A stretch of DNA of 63,905 bases, counting the filler, from Vannella sp. (lineage: Eukaryota): the NCBI GenBank assembly GCA_023345925.1. It is 7 parts of 7 records of this genome, joined end to end, with 100 filler letters (N's around TTAATTAATTAA, not from the genome) between each part and the next. Parts side by side here need not be neighbours in the genome. Positions count along the whole stretch, not along the records: positions 32,934 to 43,409 come from JAJQQN010000757.1; positions 43,510 to 51,133 come from JAJQQN010001168.1; positions 51,234 to 59,217 come from JAJQQN010000729.1; 4 more parts are not named here. One strand, 5' to 3'. Under the pieces are notes generated by a model. The model did no database searches, was not told the origin of the DNA, and worked only from the letters and a program-made list of their open reading frames with translations. Within the stretch, counting starts at the first letter, position 1. Each line of letters starts with the position of its first letter. The position numbers and the translations under genes are program-made. This document shows, piece after piece, positions 41,551 through 53,800 of the stretch.

Positions 41551-43149
41551 ATGCAGTCGATTAACCCTGCGACCGGCGAGACTTTGGCTCCAGTTCCGTT
41601 GACGCCGGAGGGGGAGTTCCCTGCAGTGTTTGAAAGGGCGAGAGAGGCGCAGCGTGCATGGAGGGAGGTTTCTATGAAGGAGCGTGCTCGTTGTGTGCAG
41701 AGGGTGCGCCGTTTCATTGCTGATCATGCGGAGGAGGCGGCTGAGATCGTCTCTCGCACGACTGGTAAGACAAGGGTTGATGCCCTTGCAACAGAGGTTA
41801 TACCCTGCACATTAGCATGCGACTGGTATGCCAACAACACCCAGCAAGTCCTCAAACCGCAGCGTATCCCGAATGGTTCAATCCTCTTTGTGAACAAGTC
41901 CACCTTCCTGGAGTACCAGCCTGTTGGCGTGGTGGGGATCATATCGCCATGGAACTACCCCTTAAGCATCCCCCTTGGAGAGGTGGTAATGGGTCTCATG
42001 GCAGGAAACGCCGTCGTGCTCAAGGTTGCAACGCCCACTGTGCTGGTGGGAGCATTCATTGAGAGGTGCATTGATGCTGGTGGCTTCCCTGAGGGACTCT
42101 TCTATCACATTGTCGGGGGCGGTGCGGCGGTGTCTCAGGCAATGTTCACCCACCGCGTGGACAAAATCTTCTTTACTGGCTCCGTGCGAGTAGGGAAGGA
42201 GCTCATGAAGATGGCATCAGATACACTCACACCCGTATCCCTGGAACTGGGAGGGAAGGATCCAATGATTGTGTGCCGCGATGCCAATCTGGAACGAGCG
42301 GCCAACTGCGCCTTGTGGGCAGGATACCAGAATGCCGGGCAATCTTGCGGAGGTGTTGAACGGATCTATGTTCACGTCTCCCGATACGATGAATTTGTCC
42401 GTCTTCTGGCAAAGAAGACAGCTGCCCTTCGCCACGGAGCAGATCAAAATGGCCAGAGAGTGGATATGGGCAGTATGACTACCGAAGCACAACTCAATGT
42501 TGTCAAGAAACAGGTGGAAGATGCTGTGGCTGGTGGGGCAACGGTGATTGCGCAATCTCAGCCTGTTGGAGACGTTTCCGTAGGATTCTTCTTTCCTGCA
42601 ACTCTGATGACGAATGTGACTCACCAAATGAGCATTATGAGAGAAGAGACATTTGGTCCAGTTCTTCCAGTGATGTCTTTTGATACTCTGGAAGAAGCTA
42701 TCTCTTTGGCAAACGATTCCTGCTTTGCATTGACTTCTTCTGTATTCTCAGAGAACCGCTCCACGGCAACCTGGATAGCTAAGAGGATAGAATCAGGAGT
42801 GGTCACGATTAATGATCATTTGTACACTCACGGACTGAGTGAGACACCTTGGGGAGGTTGGAAGGAAAGTGGAATTGGAAGAACTCACTGTGCGTTGGGC
42901 CTGAGGGAAATGAGCAATGCTAAGGCCATTAACTACGAGTTACTGCCTTCCTGGCTGATCCCACGGAACATTTGGTGGTATCCCTTTGCTGAAGACTCTT
43001 ATCAGGCTTGTTTGGGGATTGTCCGCTTTGCTGCACCAAGATCACCCCTCGACTGGATAGGAGGCGCCCACCAACTCATCCCCTACGCATTGCGTAGAAT
43101 GCTCACTCGTTGGTCAGTTCCTGAATCTCCAATTCCAACCGAAAATTGA
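41551..43149 (+). CDS. NAD(P)-dependent aldehyde dehydrogenase
   Basis: SINPATGE, ISPWNYP, FTGSVRVG, LELGGKDP, catalytic Cys in NAGQSCGG, EETFGPVL, PWGGWKESGIG; intronless. Confidence 0.96.
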   Translation: MQSINPATGETLAPVPLTPEGEFPAVFERAREAQRAWREVSMKERARCVQRVRRFIADHAEEAAEIVSRTTGKTRVDALATEVIPCTLACDWYANNTQQVLKPQRIPNGSILFVNKSTFLEYQPVGVVGIISPWNYPLSIPLGEVVMGLMAGNAVVLKVATPTVLVGAFIERCIDAGGFPEGLFYHIVGGGAAVSQAMFTHRVDKIFFTGSVRVGKELMKMASDTLTPVSLELGGKDPMIVCRDANLERAANCALWAGYQNAGQSCGGVERIYVHVSRYDEFVRLLAKKTAALRHGADQNGQRVDMGSMTTEAQLNVVKKQVEDAVAGGATVIAQSQPVGDVSVGFFFPATLMTNVTHQMSIMREETFGPVLPVMSFDTLEEAISLANDSCFALTSSVFSENRSTATWIAKRIESGVVTINDHLYTHGLSETPWGGWKESGIGRTHCALGLREMSNAKAINYELLPSWLIPRNIWWYPFAEDSYQACLGIVRFAAPRSPLDWIGGAHQLIPYALRRMLTRWSVPESPIPTEN

Positions 43150-43409
43150 AACTGCTCACTTTGCATTGTCTCTGTTGAAGCGCGCTGAGCGAAATTCTCT
43201 CGAATGATTGTAATACAAATCATAGGAATCAGTTCATCCATAGAAGTCACTTTTGATCGCTCTGATGGAATCTGAGCAGAGAAGAAAGTGACATTATTCC
43301 ATCCCCCAGCTCAACAAAATGGAAAGAATCGCTTCGAGATGATATTGAGAAGTTGGTCCGTGAGGAAGTTCTCTCGTGAGAGTAAGCTGCATTTGGATTG
43401 GTAATCAGG

Positions 43410-43509
43410 NNNNNNNNNNNNNNNNNNNNNNNNNNNNNNNNNNNNNNNNNNNNTTAATTAATTAANNNNNNNNNNNNNNNNNNNNNNNNNNNNNNNNNNN
43501 NNNNNNNNN
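43410..43509. other. Artificial contig linker
   Basis: 44N-TTAATTAATTAA-44N. Confidence 0.98.
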
Positions 43510-43553
43510 CGCAATATCAGGAAGGAACGAGCGGCGCCACATACTATCACAAC

Positions 43554-45197
43554 ATGACCCTCAAGGAGGTGTCGTGGGATCGTCCAATCTCCTTTCCCTT
43601 CGCAATGCTCCCGCCACTGCCGGGAATGCCAAGCCCTCCCCAACCGACCGTCGAACCGTCTCCTGACCTAGAGGATTGGTTCATTATCCCTGGAACGGAC
43701 TGGCAGGTGGTCTTGACATCAACAAACGAAGAGTACTTTCACAACCTCATCACTCACTCCACCTGCTGGGAGCCTCCAGAAGAAGCTCTCGCTTGGATAG
43801 AACGAACCCAACCTGATGCCATCCCAGACACTCACGCAAAAGAGCTAATGGAAGAGGATCAAGAGGAGTTTCTGATGCAACAGCAAATGCTGTTCTTTCC
43901 CGTGGAAGTGGAAGAGTACGAAGAAGAAGACGAAGAAGAGGAGGGAGATGACGTCACCCACACAGGGAAGCGTTCACGCGAAGAAGAAGCGTTGGAGGAT
44001 ACAGACCCGAAGCGCCAAAGGACTGATCAAGCTGAGAGCAACGCTGCCCTCTTCAGGGAGCTGCTGCAAGAGCACAAAGTCAATCAGTTCTCCTTCTGGA
44101 GTCTGATAGAACCCAAAATCAGCTCCGATCCCCGGTTCCTTCTGATCGACTCCCCCAAAGACCGCAAACGAATCTTTGAAGAGTTCTCGCAGGCTCAAGC
44201 AAGGCAGCGCCAACAAGGCGTTCAGCTAGCCGCTGATCTCTTTGCAGATCTCTTGGAAACCGCCGCCAAGGAAGGTATCGAGCGCTTCTCGCGCTTTACC
44301 AAGCGCTTTGCCGGCTCTTCGGCGCTCAAATCCTTGCCCGTTACCGAGCAGCGGTCCCTTTTTGAGGCTCGAATAGGTGCTCAGTTGAAGGCTAAGAAGG
44401 CCAAGGAGGAAGAAGACCGCGCACACTTTCAACAGATGCTGAGAGCTTGCAAGTCAATTCACTCTGACTCTCGCTGGTCCAGTAAGATCAAAGATCTTCT
44501 CCGGAAGGATGAGAGATACGAGCTTCTGTCTTCCCAGGAGAGAGAGGATGCTTTCTATAAGTTCACAGACCAACTATACAAGGAGGAAAGGGCATTAAGG
44601 AAGGCGCAGCTCGCTCCAGAGCGGGAACGGAGTCAAAGGGAGCATCTCAGCAACCGCCGCTCATTCCAAGAGAAGGAGGCAGAGATGCAGCTCAGTTGCT
44701 TATTTGTAGAGTTCCTTACAAAGCCATGCAGTTGGCCTGAGGCTTGTGAGCGTCTTCAGGATAAGCCACGATTCGAAACGAACCACATTTCGTCTCGACG
44801 GAAGCAAGAACTGTTTGAACAGCACCTGAGTTTCTTACAGCAGGCCCAGGCGGGAGAGTTCTATGAGCTGTTGAAGGGATTCCTTCCTCCCATTGCCTTG
44901 GGGGCAGTTTATGAAACGTGCCAGTTCCGCCTCCAGCGAGATGCGCGGTTTCTGACCGTGAAGAGTGATGAAGAGCGCAAAATCATCTTCCAAAAGTACC
45001 AAGATGATCTGCTACGGGAAGCAGAAGCGGGTTTCCGTGCCCTCCTCAAGAATATGATGACGGAAATCACTCTGTCCAAGACTGGCAAGCAGTTTGAGAG
45101 CGCCCTTCTTATCATTCAGAAAGATCCCCGCTGGCGCGCTCTGGATCTGCGCCCTGAGCACCGAAACGCCCTCTTGGAAGAATACAAAGCCTCCTGA
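43554..45197 (+). CDS. WW + FF-repeat protein (TCERG1/CA150/Prp40C-like)
   Basis: WW domain IPGTDWQVVLTSTNEEYFHNLITHSTCWEPP; several FF repeats (FRELLQEHKV...W...DPRF...RKRIFEEF). Confidence 0.88.
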   Translation: MTLKEVSWDRPISFPFAMLPPLPGMPSPPQPTVEPSPDLEDWFIIPGTDWQVVLTSTNEEYFHNLITHSTCWEPPEEALAWIERTQPDAIPDTHAKELMEEDQEEFLMQQQMLFFPVEVEEYEEEDEEEEGDDVTHTGKRSREEEALEDTDPKRQRTDQAESNAALFRELLQEHKVNQFSFWSLIEPKISSDPRFLLIDSPKDRKRIFEEFSQAQARQRQQGVQLAADLFADLLETAAKEGIERFSRFTKRFAGSSALKSLPVTEQRSLFEARIGAQLKAKKAKEEEDRAHFQQMLRACKSIHSDSRWSSKIKDLLRKDERYELLSSQEREDAFYKFTDQLYKEERALRKAQLAPERERSQREHLSNRRSFQEKEAEMQLSCLFVEFLTKPCSWPEACERLQDKPRFETNHISSRRKQELFEQHLSFLQQAQAGEFYELLKGFLPPIALGAVYETCQFRLQRDARFLTVKSDEERKIIFQKYQDDLLREAEAGFRALLKNMMTEITLSKTGKQFESALLIIQKDPRWRALDLRPEHRNALLEEYKAS

Positions 45198-45221
45198 TTG
45201 TTCCCTATCTGGCACGAAAGT

Positions 45222-45969
45222 TCATTCAATCTGTTGCCCGAGCCACCGGAAAGCATCCTCTACGCCTACTTCTTCTAACACAGAACACATGAACACCTGA
45301 GAGTGGTCAGATCATGGGAAAGGGAGGAGGAAGGGACATTCTCACTCGAAGTTCCCGCGGGGCGTCGGATGGGGAGGGATGTAAGGTGCCATAGAGGTCC
45401 AGATGATGTATGAGATCCTCCATAGACACTGCTTCTTCACAGTCGATCTTGTTGGCAATCACTAGGAACGGCAAGTTCTCTAAAGCCTTCTCTTGGAGCA
45501 ATTGGTGAAGTTCCTGTCGCCTTGTTGGACATCTGGTGCTCACTGATCAATGATACACACCTCTTTGGCCTCAGAGAAGCGATCAGAATCAGCAGTATCA
45601 ACCACAAAGACGATAGCGTCCATCTGTACAAAGAAGTCCTCCCAGAGGCGGCGCACTTCTTGGTGTCCGCCCATATCCCACGTGCGGAACTTGACGTTTC
45701 CCACTTCCTATTGACTATCAGATCCTTTCATACAACCTACGTAGCCATTCGTACGATCACCTCGGCTTTGGGTCGTTGAGTTGGGACAAAGTGGTGAATA
45801 GAATTGAACAGAAGCTTGTGACTGCACTCTCTGTCAAAGAACTCCTTTCCATACTTCCTTCCACTCACAGCAACGTCGTCTTTCCAGCATTATCAAGCCC
45901 CAACAACATGATCGAAGCATTCTTCTTCCCAAACCACCAACCAAACAGTCCCCACAACCAAGCAAACAT
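45222..45969 (-). CDS. SAR1: Sar1-like small GTPase (5 exons)
   Basis: Aromatic amphipathic N-terminus, GLDNAGKTTLL, PTQRP, WDMGGHQEVRRLWEDFF, ANKID, VFMCSV, FRWLGQQI. Confidence 0.85.
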
Positions 45970-46131
45970 GTCAATGAACAAGGAGCTCAAAAAGAATAAA
46001 AAGTAAACCTGGATTGATGAGGGGAAATGCGGAACAGAGAGAAAGAAATTTCTTTCTCTGTTTGGAAAGTTCGGGGCTGTCTGGGAGCTCATTGGTTGTT
46101 CGGCAGCTCGCGCAGGGTCACTCGCTGCATC

Positions 46132-47710
46132 ATGGCTTCTCGCATCATGTTTGTTGCCTTAGCTCTTCTGTTTGTTTCTTTCGCCACTGGTACGATGGTT
46201 GGCTTGGGGATGGGACGGAAGGCTGATGAACGTTCTAGCTCAGGATGGTTTCCTTGTTCTTCGTGGTACTGCCGACCACCAGATCAACTCGCTTGCGGAC
46301 ACTCATGTGATCGACTTGGTAATATCTTCATGCAATGGGGTGTTCCGTTGGGCTTCCTAACCAAGTTGTAGTTGTCGCATGTAAGCGGCCTGGCTCCCGT
46401 CCACCACCAAACCGACCGAAGTGCATTCCCCCACACCAATCTGTTCTCCTCCCCCTCTCTCAATCTTCTGGTTGCCATTGATGCTATCACTGCTGGTATG
46501 CGGCACCTTTCCAGGACCCCGTTTCCAGACTCACCGCGGATTCAGACGCTCTGAACAACGCCCAAACTAGCTTCTTGAACATTGAGAAGGATCTGAAAGT
46601 GCGCTTGATGAAGGCCAACTATCCCCAGGACTCTTTGGCTACTTTGACCAACATCATGACTGGCGAAGTGCCCTCTACCCACGGTATTGCCGGACACTCC
46701 TGGAGATCTTATTCTGGTAGGTGAGATCCTCTTAACTAACTCACTGGCTCACCTGCATTTCCAGCCAGCATCCACGCTTTCGGTGCATCTGGCAACTGCC
46801 AATCCCCTAAGATCGTTGATCGCATTGCCACTGCTTCTAAGGTTAGTTCTTAGCGAAGGAAAACATCCCTTCTATATCAGTAACATCTGTTCAGGGCTCT
46901 GCTCGCGTCTTAGCTGTCTCTGGAGGCCAGAAGATGGCTGCTGCTTTGGGTGTCCACACTGAGTTGATGAAGAGCCACCCCGAGTGGAACTGCGATGCCC
47001 TGTACTTTTCTAAGCAAAAGGTAAACAGGGCAGCCACTGCGATACGAAGGGGGCTCACGTTGTGCTTGATTTAGGGAATCGTCAGCCTCTTCAGCGAGAA
47101 AGTCGTCGCAGACATCAATGCCATCCGCGCCGAAGCTAAAGCTCGCTCGATGAGCCTTAACACAGCTGAGGGCTACATTCTCGCCTCCGAGTTGCTGTCC
47201 ATCGCAATGATCCCCAAGCGCTTAGCTTCTATGCCCGCTAGCACTTCCGACGTCCCCGACTTTGTATCCATTGGTATCAACAGCATCAAGCAGTTGACTA
47301 CCAAGTTCGGGAAGGACTCTATTCAGGTCCGCGAGGCTCTTCGCCTCCTTGACGCCGCCCTTGTTCAAATGCAAGCTGAACTCGCGGTCATGTACAACGG
47401 AGACATGACCACTGAGATCATTGGCCTCTCAGAAAGCACTGTGGAGCACACTTTCTACACCCAAGGGAAGCAATTGCAAACGATGCACAAAGCCACCGAA
47501 TTCAACTCCTCCGCCTCCCCAGCTCCTGTCGCCACTGGAGGCTACTCTCCTGACGCCATTACCGCCTTCCAGACCCAGTTATGGGTGGCTGTTGTCCTCA
47601 TTATCGTGGTGATCCTCGTCGTCATCACTCTCGTGAAGATGGACAAGTTGGAGACTTCTCTCATTTACCGCACCACGGACGGCCCACGCCCCATCCAGGA
47701 TGTTCAGTAA
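46132..47710 (+). CDS. (Pro)renin receptor / V-ATPase accessory protein ATP6AP2-like (multi-exon)
   Basis: Signal peptide; SGLAP...FPHTNLFSSP; C-terminal TM and tail FQTQLWVAVVL...MDKLETSLIYRTT (compare MDPGYDSIIYRMT). Confidence 0.75.
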
Positions 47711-47752
47711 GCCAATAAAAAGAGGACATTGACATTCATTCCTTTTTGGCTC

Positions 47753-49771
47753 ATGGCCGAGGCTCCAGTGGGCTCCGAATCGGGCACGACCTTGCCGGAG
47801 GCTCGTTGGAAGGTGAGATACTCTTCCTGGTGGGAGCGTTCTTTCCTATTCTTAAAGAGAGGCTTAGGTCTCCTTTGCAGCGCTCCTGAGCGAGCGGGAC
47901 CGTCAGGAAAGTCTCCCATTTCGGAGTCTCGTCTCTTCTTGTGAGCTTCTCTCCACCTGGCGATCTCCTTCCTGACCGTACGAAGACAGTAACGCTATCT
48001 CGAAAAGTGCACAGCCTGTGCAAGGCTTCAAAGAGCAGACACAGAGACTTCTGGCAACCCAAACGGAGCTGGCCAATGCAAGGAAGGACCTCACTGAGTC
48101 CTACTTGCAGAGCTCCAAGCACGCGCAGCAGCTTTACCAGTACATTGAACAAGCCAAAGAGACGGAAACTCGCCTTCTCCGCACCAACTTGGCGCTCGAC
48201 GATGCCGCGCACAAGAACAAGATTCTCCAACAGCGCCTCCTTCACGCTGAGAACGATGCCAAACAGAAGGGGGACGCCATAGAAGTTCTAAAGAGCGAGT
48301 ATAGGAGCCTTCAGGAGGCCTATCGAACCTTGGAGGGACGTTTAAAGGAGCAATCGGACTCGACCTACAACGTCCGAGAAAAGTCCGATTCTGACCAACG
48401 CAAACACGAGAAGATGGAAGAGCAGATCTTCGCAAGTGCCAAGATCATTGGAGATCTAACGGAGGAGATTGCGGGCTTACATCGAGCTCTTCATGATCTT
48501 CGGAATGCACAGAAAACTGGGGAGGCCCTTGTGGGCTCTCCCTTGGGATCTAATCCACTGTTCACTGTAAAGCCGTCTTCACTGGATGGAGAAAGCATCT
48601 GCATGGCCATATTTGATCAGCCCCCCACGACCAAACACCGGTCTATCGAAGCTCATCCGGACGCAATCACTCAACTTCGATACAACGCTCAAGGGACCGT
48701 CTTGGCCAGCTGTTCTAATGACAAAACTGTCAAAACTTGGAGCGCTCTCAGTGGAAGACTCAGCCGCACTTATCTTGGCTCCACAAAGTCCGTGCGTTGC
48801 GTTGAGTTTTCCATCGACGGTCGACTTGTGGTTGCTGGAAGCTCAGGTTGGAATTTCTCTATGAGGTGAGGATCATTCTAACGATACTGGTCTGCTAGAT
48901 AATTGCATCTACCAATGGGGCCGCGGCTCTGCTCAGTTACAACACAAGCTCAATGGACATCGTGACAAAGTCACTAGCGTGCGTTTCTTGGATGTGAATC
49001 TACTTATCAGTGCCAGTTTGGACAGGACTGTTCGAACGTGGGACTTGGTGAAAGGAAGGAGTGTCGCGACCATGCCTTCGTGTGGTTCCCGAATCCAGGA
49101 TATGTGCACGACTGCGTGAGTCTATTCATCCCATCTCCATGAGATCGCTCATCCTGTTACCTCCTTTCAGTGTCGGAACGATCGTGACTGCGAATGCGGA
49201 CAACTCCATTCGGTTGTTCGATGTGCGAAACCTGGAATTGATTGAACGAATTGAATGCCATTCGGACATTGTTACTTCTGTCAGTTGTTCTTCTGGTGAG
49301 CAAGCCCGTGGATGGCATAACGAACGAGTAAGATCTAATCAGTTGGTTATAGATTACACTTACATCTTAACCGCGTCTCGCGATGGAACTTTACGAGTCA
49401 CTGACACTCGCACTTCCTCTCCGCTTTATACTTACTCGTACGTACGTTCACTGGTCGATATAATCCACTCATACATGGGGTAAAGAAACTCGGAGTACTC
49501 CAACCGGCAGGAATTCAATCAAGCTTGCTTCAGTGGGACTGAAAAATACGTTATGGCGGGAAGCGCCAGCGGGAAGATCTTTGCTTGGGATCTCCGGTCC
49601 ACAGAACTCTTTTCTTCAACTCAGAAAGTTCAGTAAGTCGCAGTCTTGCCTTTGTTCTTGGCTGATGAGTGTTCCAGTGGCACCAATATCACTACGATGA
49701 CTTCCGCTATTTCGGGGTTCCAGATGGCTGCTGGGGGCCACGACGGATCTATCACTCTTTGGGATCAATAA
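47753..49771 (+). CDS. ATG16: ATG16L/TipD-like autophagy protein (ATG5-binding helix, coiled coil, WD40; multi-exon)
   Basis: RWK|VSFAALLSERDRQESLPFRSLV N-terminal motif, a long coiled coil, then about 7 WD40 repeats ending DGSITLWDQ. Confidence 0.8.
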
Positions 49772-49789
49772 CAAACTGTCAGCTTTATC

Positions 49790-51133
49790 CGCTAGTGGAA
49801 GCTTCTCATGGGAAGTCCCAAGGATCTTCTTATTCCTCGCTGATTACTTTGCGCTGCAAAGCTGCCTTGAGAAAGGCGCGGATCACCTATTTCCATTGTA
49901 AGTGGGTTTCAAGACTTATTGGGCCATGTACTTGTCTCTCCTCGCGAGCGTCTTTGCCCAAATGGGTCGCTATCTTCTTGATCAAGGAGACAAAGTACTG
50001 GTTTCTCTTTGGTTAGTGAACCATCAGCGCCATAGATCTCACCTCCAGGGAACTGGGGTCTACTTCTTTGGCTGCTTGCTGGCAAAGTGCCTTCAAACCC
50101 CCTTCTTCGATGATGAGCTCGACAAGCTCACTTTGATGGCAGGTAAGTTAGCGCCTTGCTTATCTGGATGCTTGGATTACCTTTGAGCCAGGAAGTTGAA
50201 GATAATGTCGAGGATCATCCACTTAACCCTCTTACTCTGCATCGCTGGAGAAGTGAGAAGTCCCACCACGATGGGAATCACCTTCAACCCTCCAGTGGTC
50301 TGATCTCGTAGGACCTGGACCGCTCTTGGGTTTCCAGAAAGATCTTAGGATGGTTAAGGAATCAGATAACGATGATCAAGAGAGAAGAGAGGTTTGAAAG
50401 GATACTGACGACGATGCCAATGCACGCTGTAAGAACAGGGTTCTCTACGAATCTAGAGCTCGATTCGTGGAAGCCAGTCTCCTCCAGGTAGGTCTGCATG
50501 CCCTCGAAGCAGTCCCGAACAAACGCGGTCGTCACTTCAAGAAGGTCTTCCAGCTGTTTGGCCTCAGAAGTGCTACACGGCATCAGTTCTGAATTCAATG
50601 GGGAGTTTGCTTCATACACTTGCCAAAGAGCAATGAGAAAGGACTCATTTGGGCTCTTGCTCTTGGTCGGAGGCTTCTCCTTCTTGGCGGAAGCAAGCAA
50701 CGCTTTCAGATCCAGCGCTTCCTGTTCGGTGGCTAGTCTACGCTCGACCTCCTTCCTGAGAGCTTTCTTGCACTCCACATAACGATCCTTCATGATACTA
50801 TCCTCTGCCAAGGCCTCCAGTTGGAGGGTTTGGCCCGCCACAGTTTCCTTGAGGTCTGGACCAGTCAAAAGACGAGCAAGTTCATAGGTGGAAGACTCAC
50901 TCGATACAATGGATTGGTAAGCTTCATGGAGGGATTGGTTCTCGCTCTCCACCGATTGGACAATCGTATCGAAGCGGGCAGATTCTTCCTTAAGTTCCCC
51001 TTGGATGCGGTTCACCCATCCCAACTCAGCTTGAGAGGCCAAGAGTCCTTCTACCTTCTTCAAAGTATCAGCTTTCTACCTTTCAAGTCACGGACGAACC
51101 TGCTTCTCAGAGACACCAGTAATCGCTTCGAAG
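49790..51133 (-). CDS. Hypothetical coiled-coil/helical protein, 3' part (5' truncated by contig end)
   Basis: A 233-aa coiled-coil exon (50362-51063) plus downstream short exons; family not recognised. Confidence 0.55.
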
Positions 51134-51233
51134 NNNNNNNNNNNNNNNNNNNNNNNNNNNNNNNNNNNNNNNNNNNNTTAATTAATTAANNNNNNNNNNN
51201 NNNNNNNNNNNNNNNNNNNNNNNNNNNNNNNNN
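51134..51233. other. Artificial contig linker
   Basis: 44N-TTAATTAATTAA-44N. Confidence 0.98.
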
Positions 51234-52113
51234 GTGGACAAAGGAGTTCCGAGACAGTTGGATCTACATCCAGATTCCCAAGATCACCTCTATCCAAGAG
51301 AAGGAGTTCTGCTTCTGAACGGCTGACCCAATAAACACGTAATGTTTTTCCATAATTGTGTAATAATCTCTTGAAGCTCACTTTTCCCTCACGCCCCAGT
51401 GGATACCAGCGACATAGGTACGGGAACTCTTGACTCTTGAGTCCATTCACTGAATCATGTGCAAGTCCGAGAGGGCTTGCCAGGAGCGGGTCGACCCGTC
51501 CCCGTGTTGGGCCCCACTTTAACTTGTGCAGAAGTTGTCATCTACTTTGCACACCAATTCTCTCAAGCGCGGAATGGGGGTGAGCTCAGTCAGCAGGAGA
51601 TCCAAACTCTGTTTGCTCTGCACCAGAGGGGTATTGATGGTGGGTGACCCTTAATCCCTGTTTAGTTAGTGTGGTTGCTCTCATCTCATCCCTGATGTTG
51701 CAGGTGTTTATCTTTTCGGCTTCTCCAGCCAGGAACAGTTATTGGAGGGGTTGGCTGGGTCACGTCATTACGACAGTTAACGCATCCAACGCCAATCTAC
51801 CTGTTACCTCTTCTGAAAGGTGACTGGTCTCCTCTACTCACATAAACCACGAATTAGGACTTTGTGCATCGAATCCAAGAATCTTACGAGGGGCTTCTGA
51901 CTGGCTTGGCTGGGATATTGCTTTCCTAACCAGTTCAGCCCTTACGAAGAGGCCCAGTTGCACCCTTTTGGAACAAGCTTACTATGAAGGATGATCCTTC
52001 CTTCCAACAGAAAGCCTGGAAGCTCCTTTCAACAAGACTTTTCGTTTCTTCTTCGCCGTTTGGCTGACTGGTTTGTCAGGGAGAGTCTCAGGAGGTATCA
52101 CGTGGACTTCCAT
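51234..52113 (-). CDS. 5' part of a multi-exon gene, possibly PP2A B''-type EF-hand regulatory subunit
   Basis: MEVHVIPPETLPDKP first exon; the last visible exon REGKVSFKRLLHNYGKTLRVYWVSRSEAELLLLDRGDLGNLD weakly resembles PPP2R3C/FASS. Confidence 0.3.
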
Positions 52114-52295
52114 GTATGTACGTATGGGATAGATATCCAAGATGAACGGATACTGAGCTTGTCGATGATTACCCCTTGAAGGCCCGCCTGTCCGGCCCTT
52201 CCTGATTCTCACCTTTTACTTGGCGGCCCTGATTTCTCTCCTGCTGAGCCTCGAGGAGTGCATGTAAGTTACGAGAGAAGCTCAGGGTCATTTGA

Positions 52296-53585
52296 ATGTC
52301 GGTGAGGGTGCGAGGGCGGGTCTTCCGCTCCCGCAAGCGTCGATATCAGAGCCTCTTGTTCTTTGACATTCTGCCAGGTATAGAAGTCAAGGAGAAGTCA
52401 CCACATGCTCTTCTATCTGCTTGTGGGACGGTGCAAGAGAGGGAACGACTGTTGGAGACCTTTCGGGTGCTGGAGAAGACCAGTGTTGCGTGTACCGTGC
52501 GAGCTGGGACAGCCTTTACGCTTGAGGACATGCAACTTCTTCGAGGAACTATCCATGCAGGAGATGAGGTCGAAGTACACGGGGAAGCTGAGACTCTTCG
52601 GGAAGATGGCTCCGTCGAAGCTATTCTTTGCTCTCACGTCGAGGTCATCGCTTCTTGGTCATCGCATCATCCAGCTGGGGATCTTTTCTCTTGGCCCAAT
52701 GCTCTACAAGTGCCAAACTCAACTGAATCACCCCCAAAATCGCCCCTTCCAAGCCTCCAAGCCTCTCTACCGCTGGCTCAGTGGCTAGATCAGGTCTGTA
52801 AGTCTTGGATTAACACAACACGTTGCTCTATGATTGATTGCACCCGTTTCCATGGGCTGCCAGACGGTCAGAGCCTAGGACAAGCCAAACACACTTGGGT
52901 GACTTGCCGTTTGAAACTTCGCCAAGGAAGCGACTCCCACTCTGGCCCCAAGTGCCAGAGGGCTGTGTTGTTTTGTAACTGGCTTGAGCAAACCTTCCCA
53001 GCTTCTCTCCTGTCCAAAGGAGTGCTGGATGTGGCGGGGGGACACGGGGACATTTCATTTGAATTGTCAGTAAAACGGAAGCTGCGCAGCGTGGTGGTCG
53101 ACCCGCGCCCAGTGAAGCTCTCCAAACAGCATTTTAAGTATTTCCGGCAGCTGGAGAAGCAAAGAAAGGCCGCTGCGTCACTCCAAGGCATTCAGTATCT
53201 GACTGCCCCGTCTCCCACTTCTCAGCTGATAGAGCAGAGGCAGTGTCTATTCGATGCATCGTTTGTCTGTGGCGAGTCCTCTTTGCTGGAAGAGCTGGGA
53301 GCTGTCATTGGAATGCACCCGGACGAAGCGACTGAGCCCCTTCTGGATTGGGCATTGGGCAGTGGAAAGCCGTTTGCGATTGTTCCGTGTTGTGTCTTTG
53401 CTGCTCAGAATCCCCACCGGCGTCTGCTTGATGGGAGTGTTGTCAAGACCTACGAGGAGTTTGTCCAATTCCTCCTCGAAAAGTCTCCAGATATCTGCAC
53501 CGACCAACTCCCCTTCGCTGGTAGGAACATAGTCCTCTATAGTAATCAACTTAGAACACCCCACAACGCCGCTAGCTCCCAGTAA
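52296..53585 (+). CDS. OB-fold + CCCH zinc finger + class I SAM-dependent methyltransferase
   Basis: VRVRGRV...LLFFDI...GDEVEVHG (OB fold), CKSWINTTRCSMIDCTRFH, VLDVAGGHGDISFEL, GMHPDEATE, KPFAIVPCCVF. Confidence 0.8.
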   Translation: MSVRVRGRVFRSRKRRYQSLLFFDILPGIEVKEKSPHALLSACGTVQERERLLETFRVLEKTSVACTVRAGTAFTLEDMQLLRGTIHAGDEVEVHGEAETLREDGSVEAILCSHVEVIASWSSHHPAGDLFSWPNALQVPNSTESPPKSPLPSLQASLPLAQWLDQVCKSWINTTRCSMIDCTRFHGLPDGQSLGQAKHTWVTCRLKLRQGSDSHSGPKCQRAVLFCNWLEQTFPASLLSKGVLDVAGGHGDISFELSVKRKLRSVVVDPRPVKLSKQHFKYFRQLEKQRKAAASLQGIQYLTAPSPTSQLIEQRQCLFDASFVCGESSLLEELGAVIGMHPDEATEPLLDWALGSGKPFAIVPCCVFAAQNPHRRLLDGSVVKTYEEFVQFLLEKSPDICTDQLPFAGRNIVLYSNQLRTPHNAASSQ

Positions 53586-53800
53586 GAACAAACGAGAACC
53601 TCAAAAGCCACCGAGAAGATAAAGTGACATTCTGCCTTCCCTTGTGACTTGCCCTCAATGCTGTCTCCTCCATCACTCATAGGACTCTGAACACTATCCT
53701 TGAAGCTCTAGAAAGTCAGAGGAAGCTCTGGGGGAGGAGAGAGAAGTCTGTTTTGGTGAAAGTAAGAAATTGTCCATTTCTTGGGACACTTGTGGGAGCA

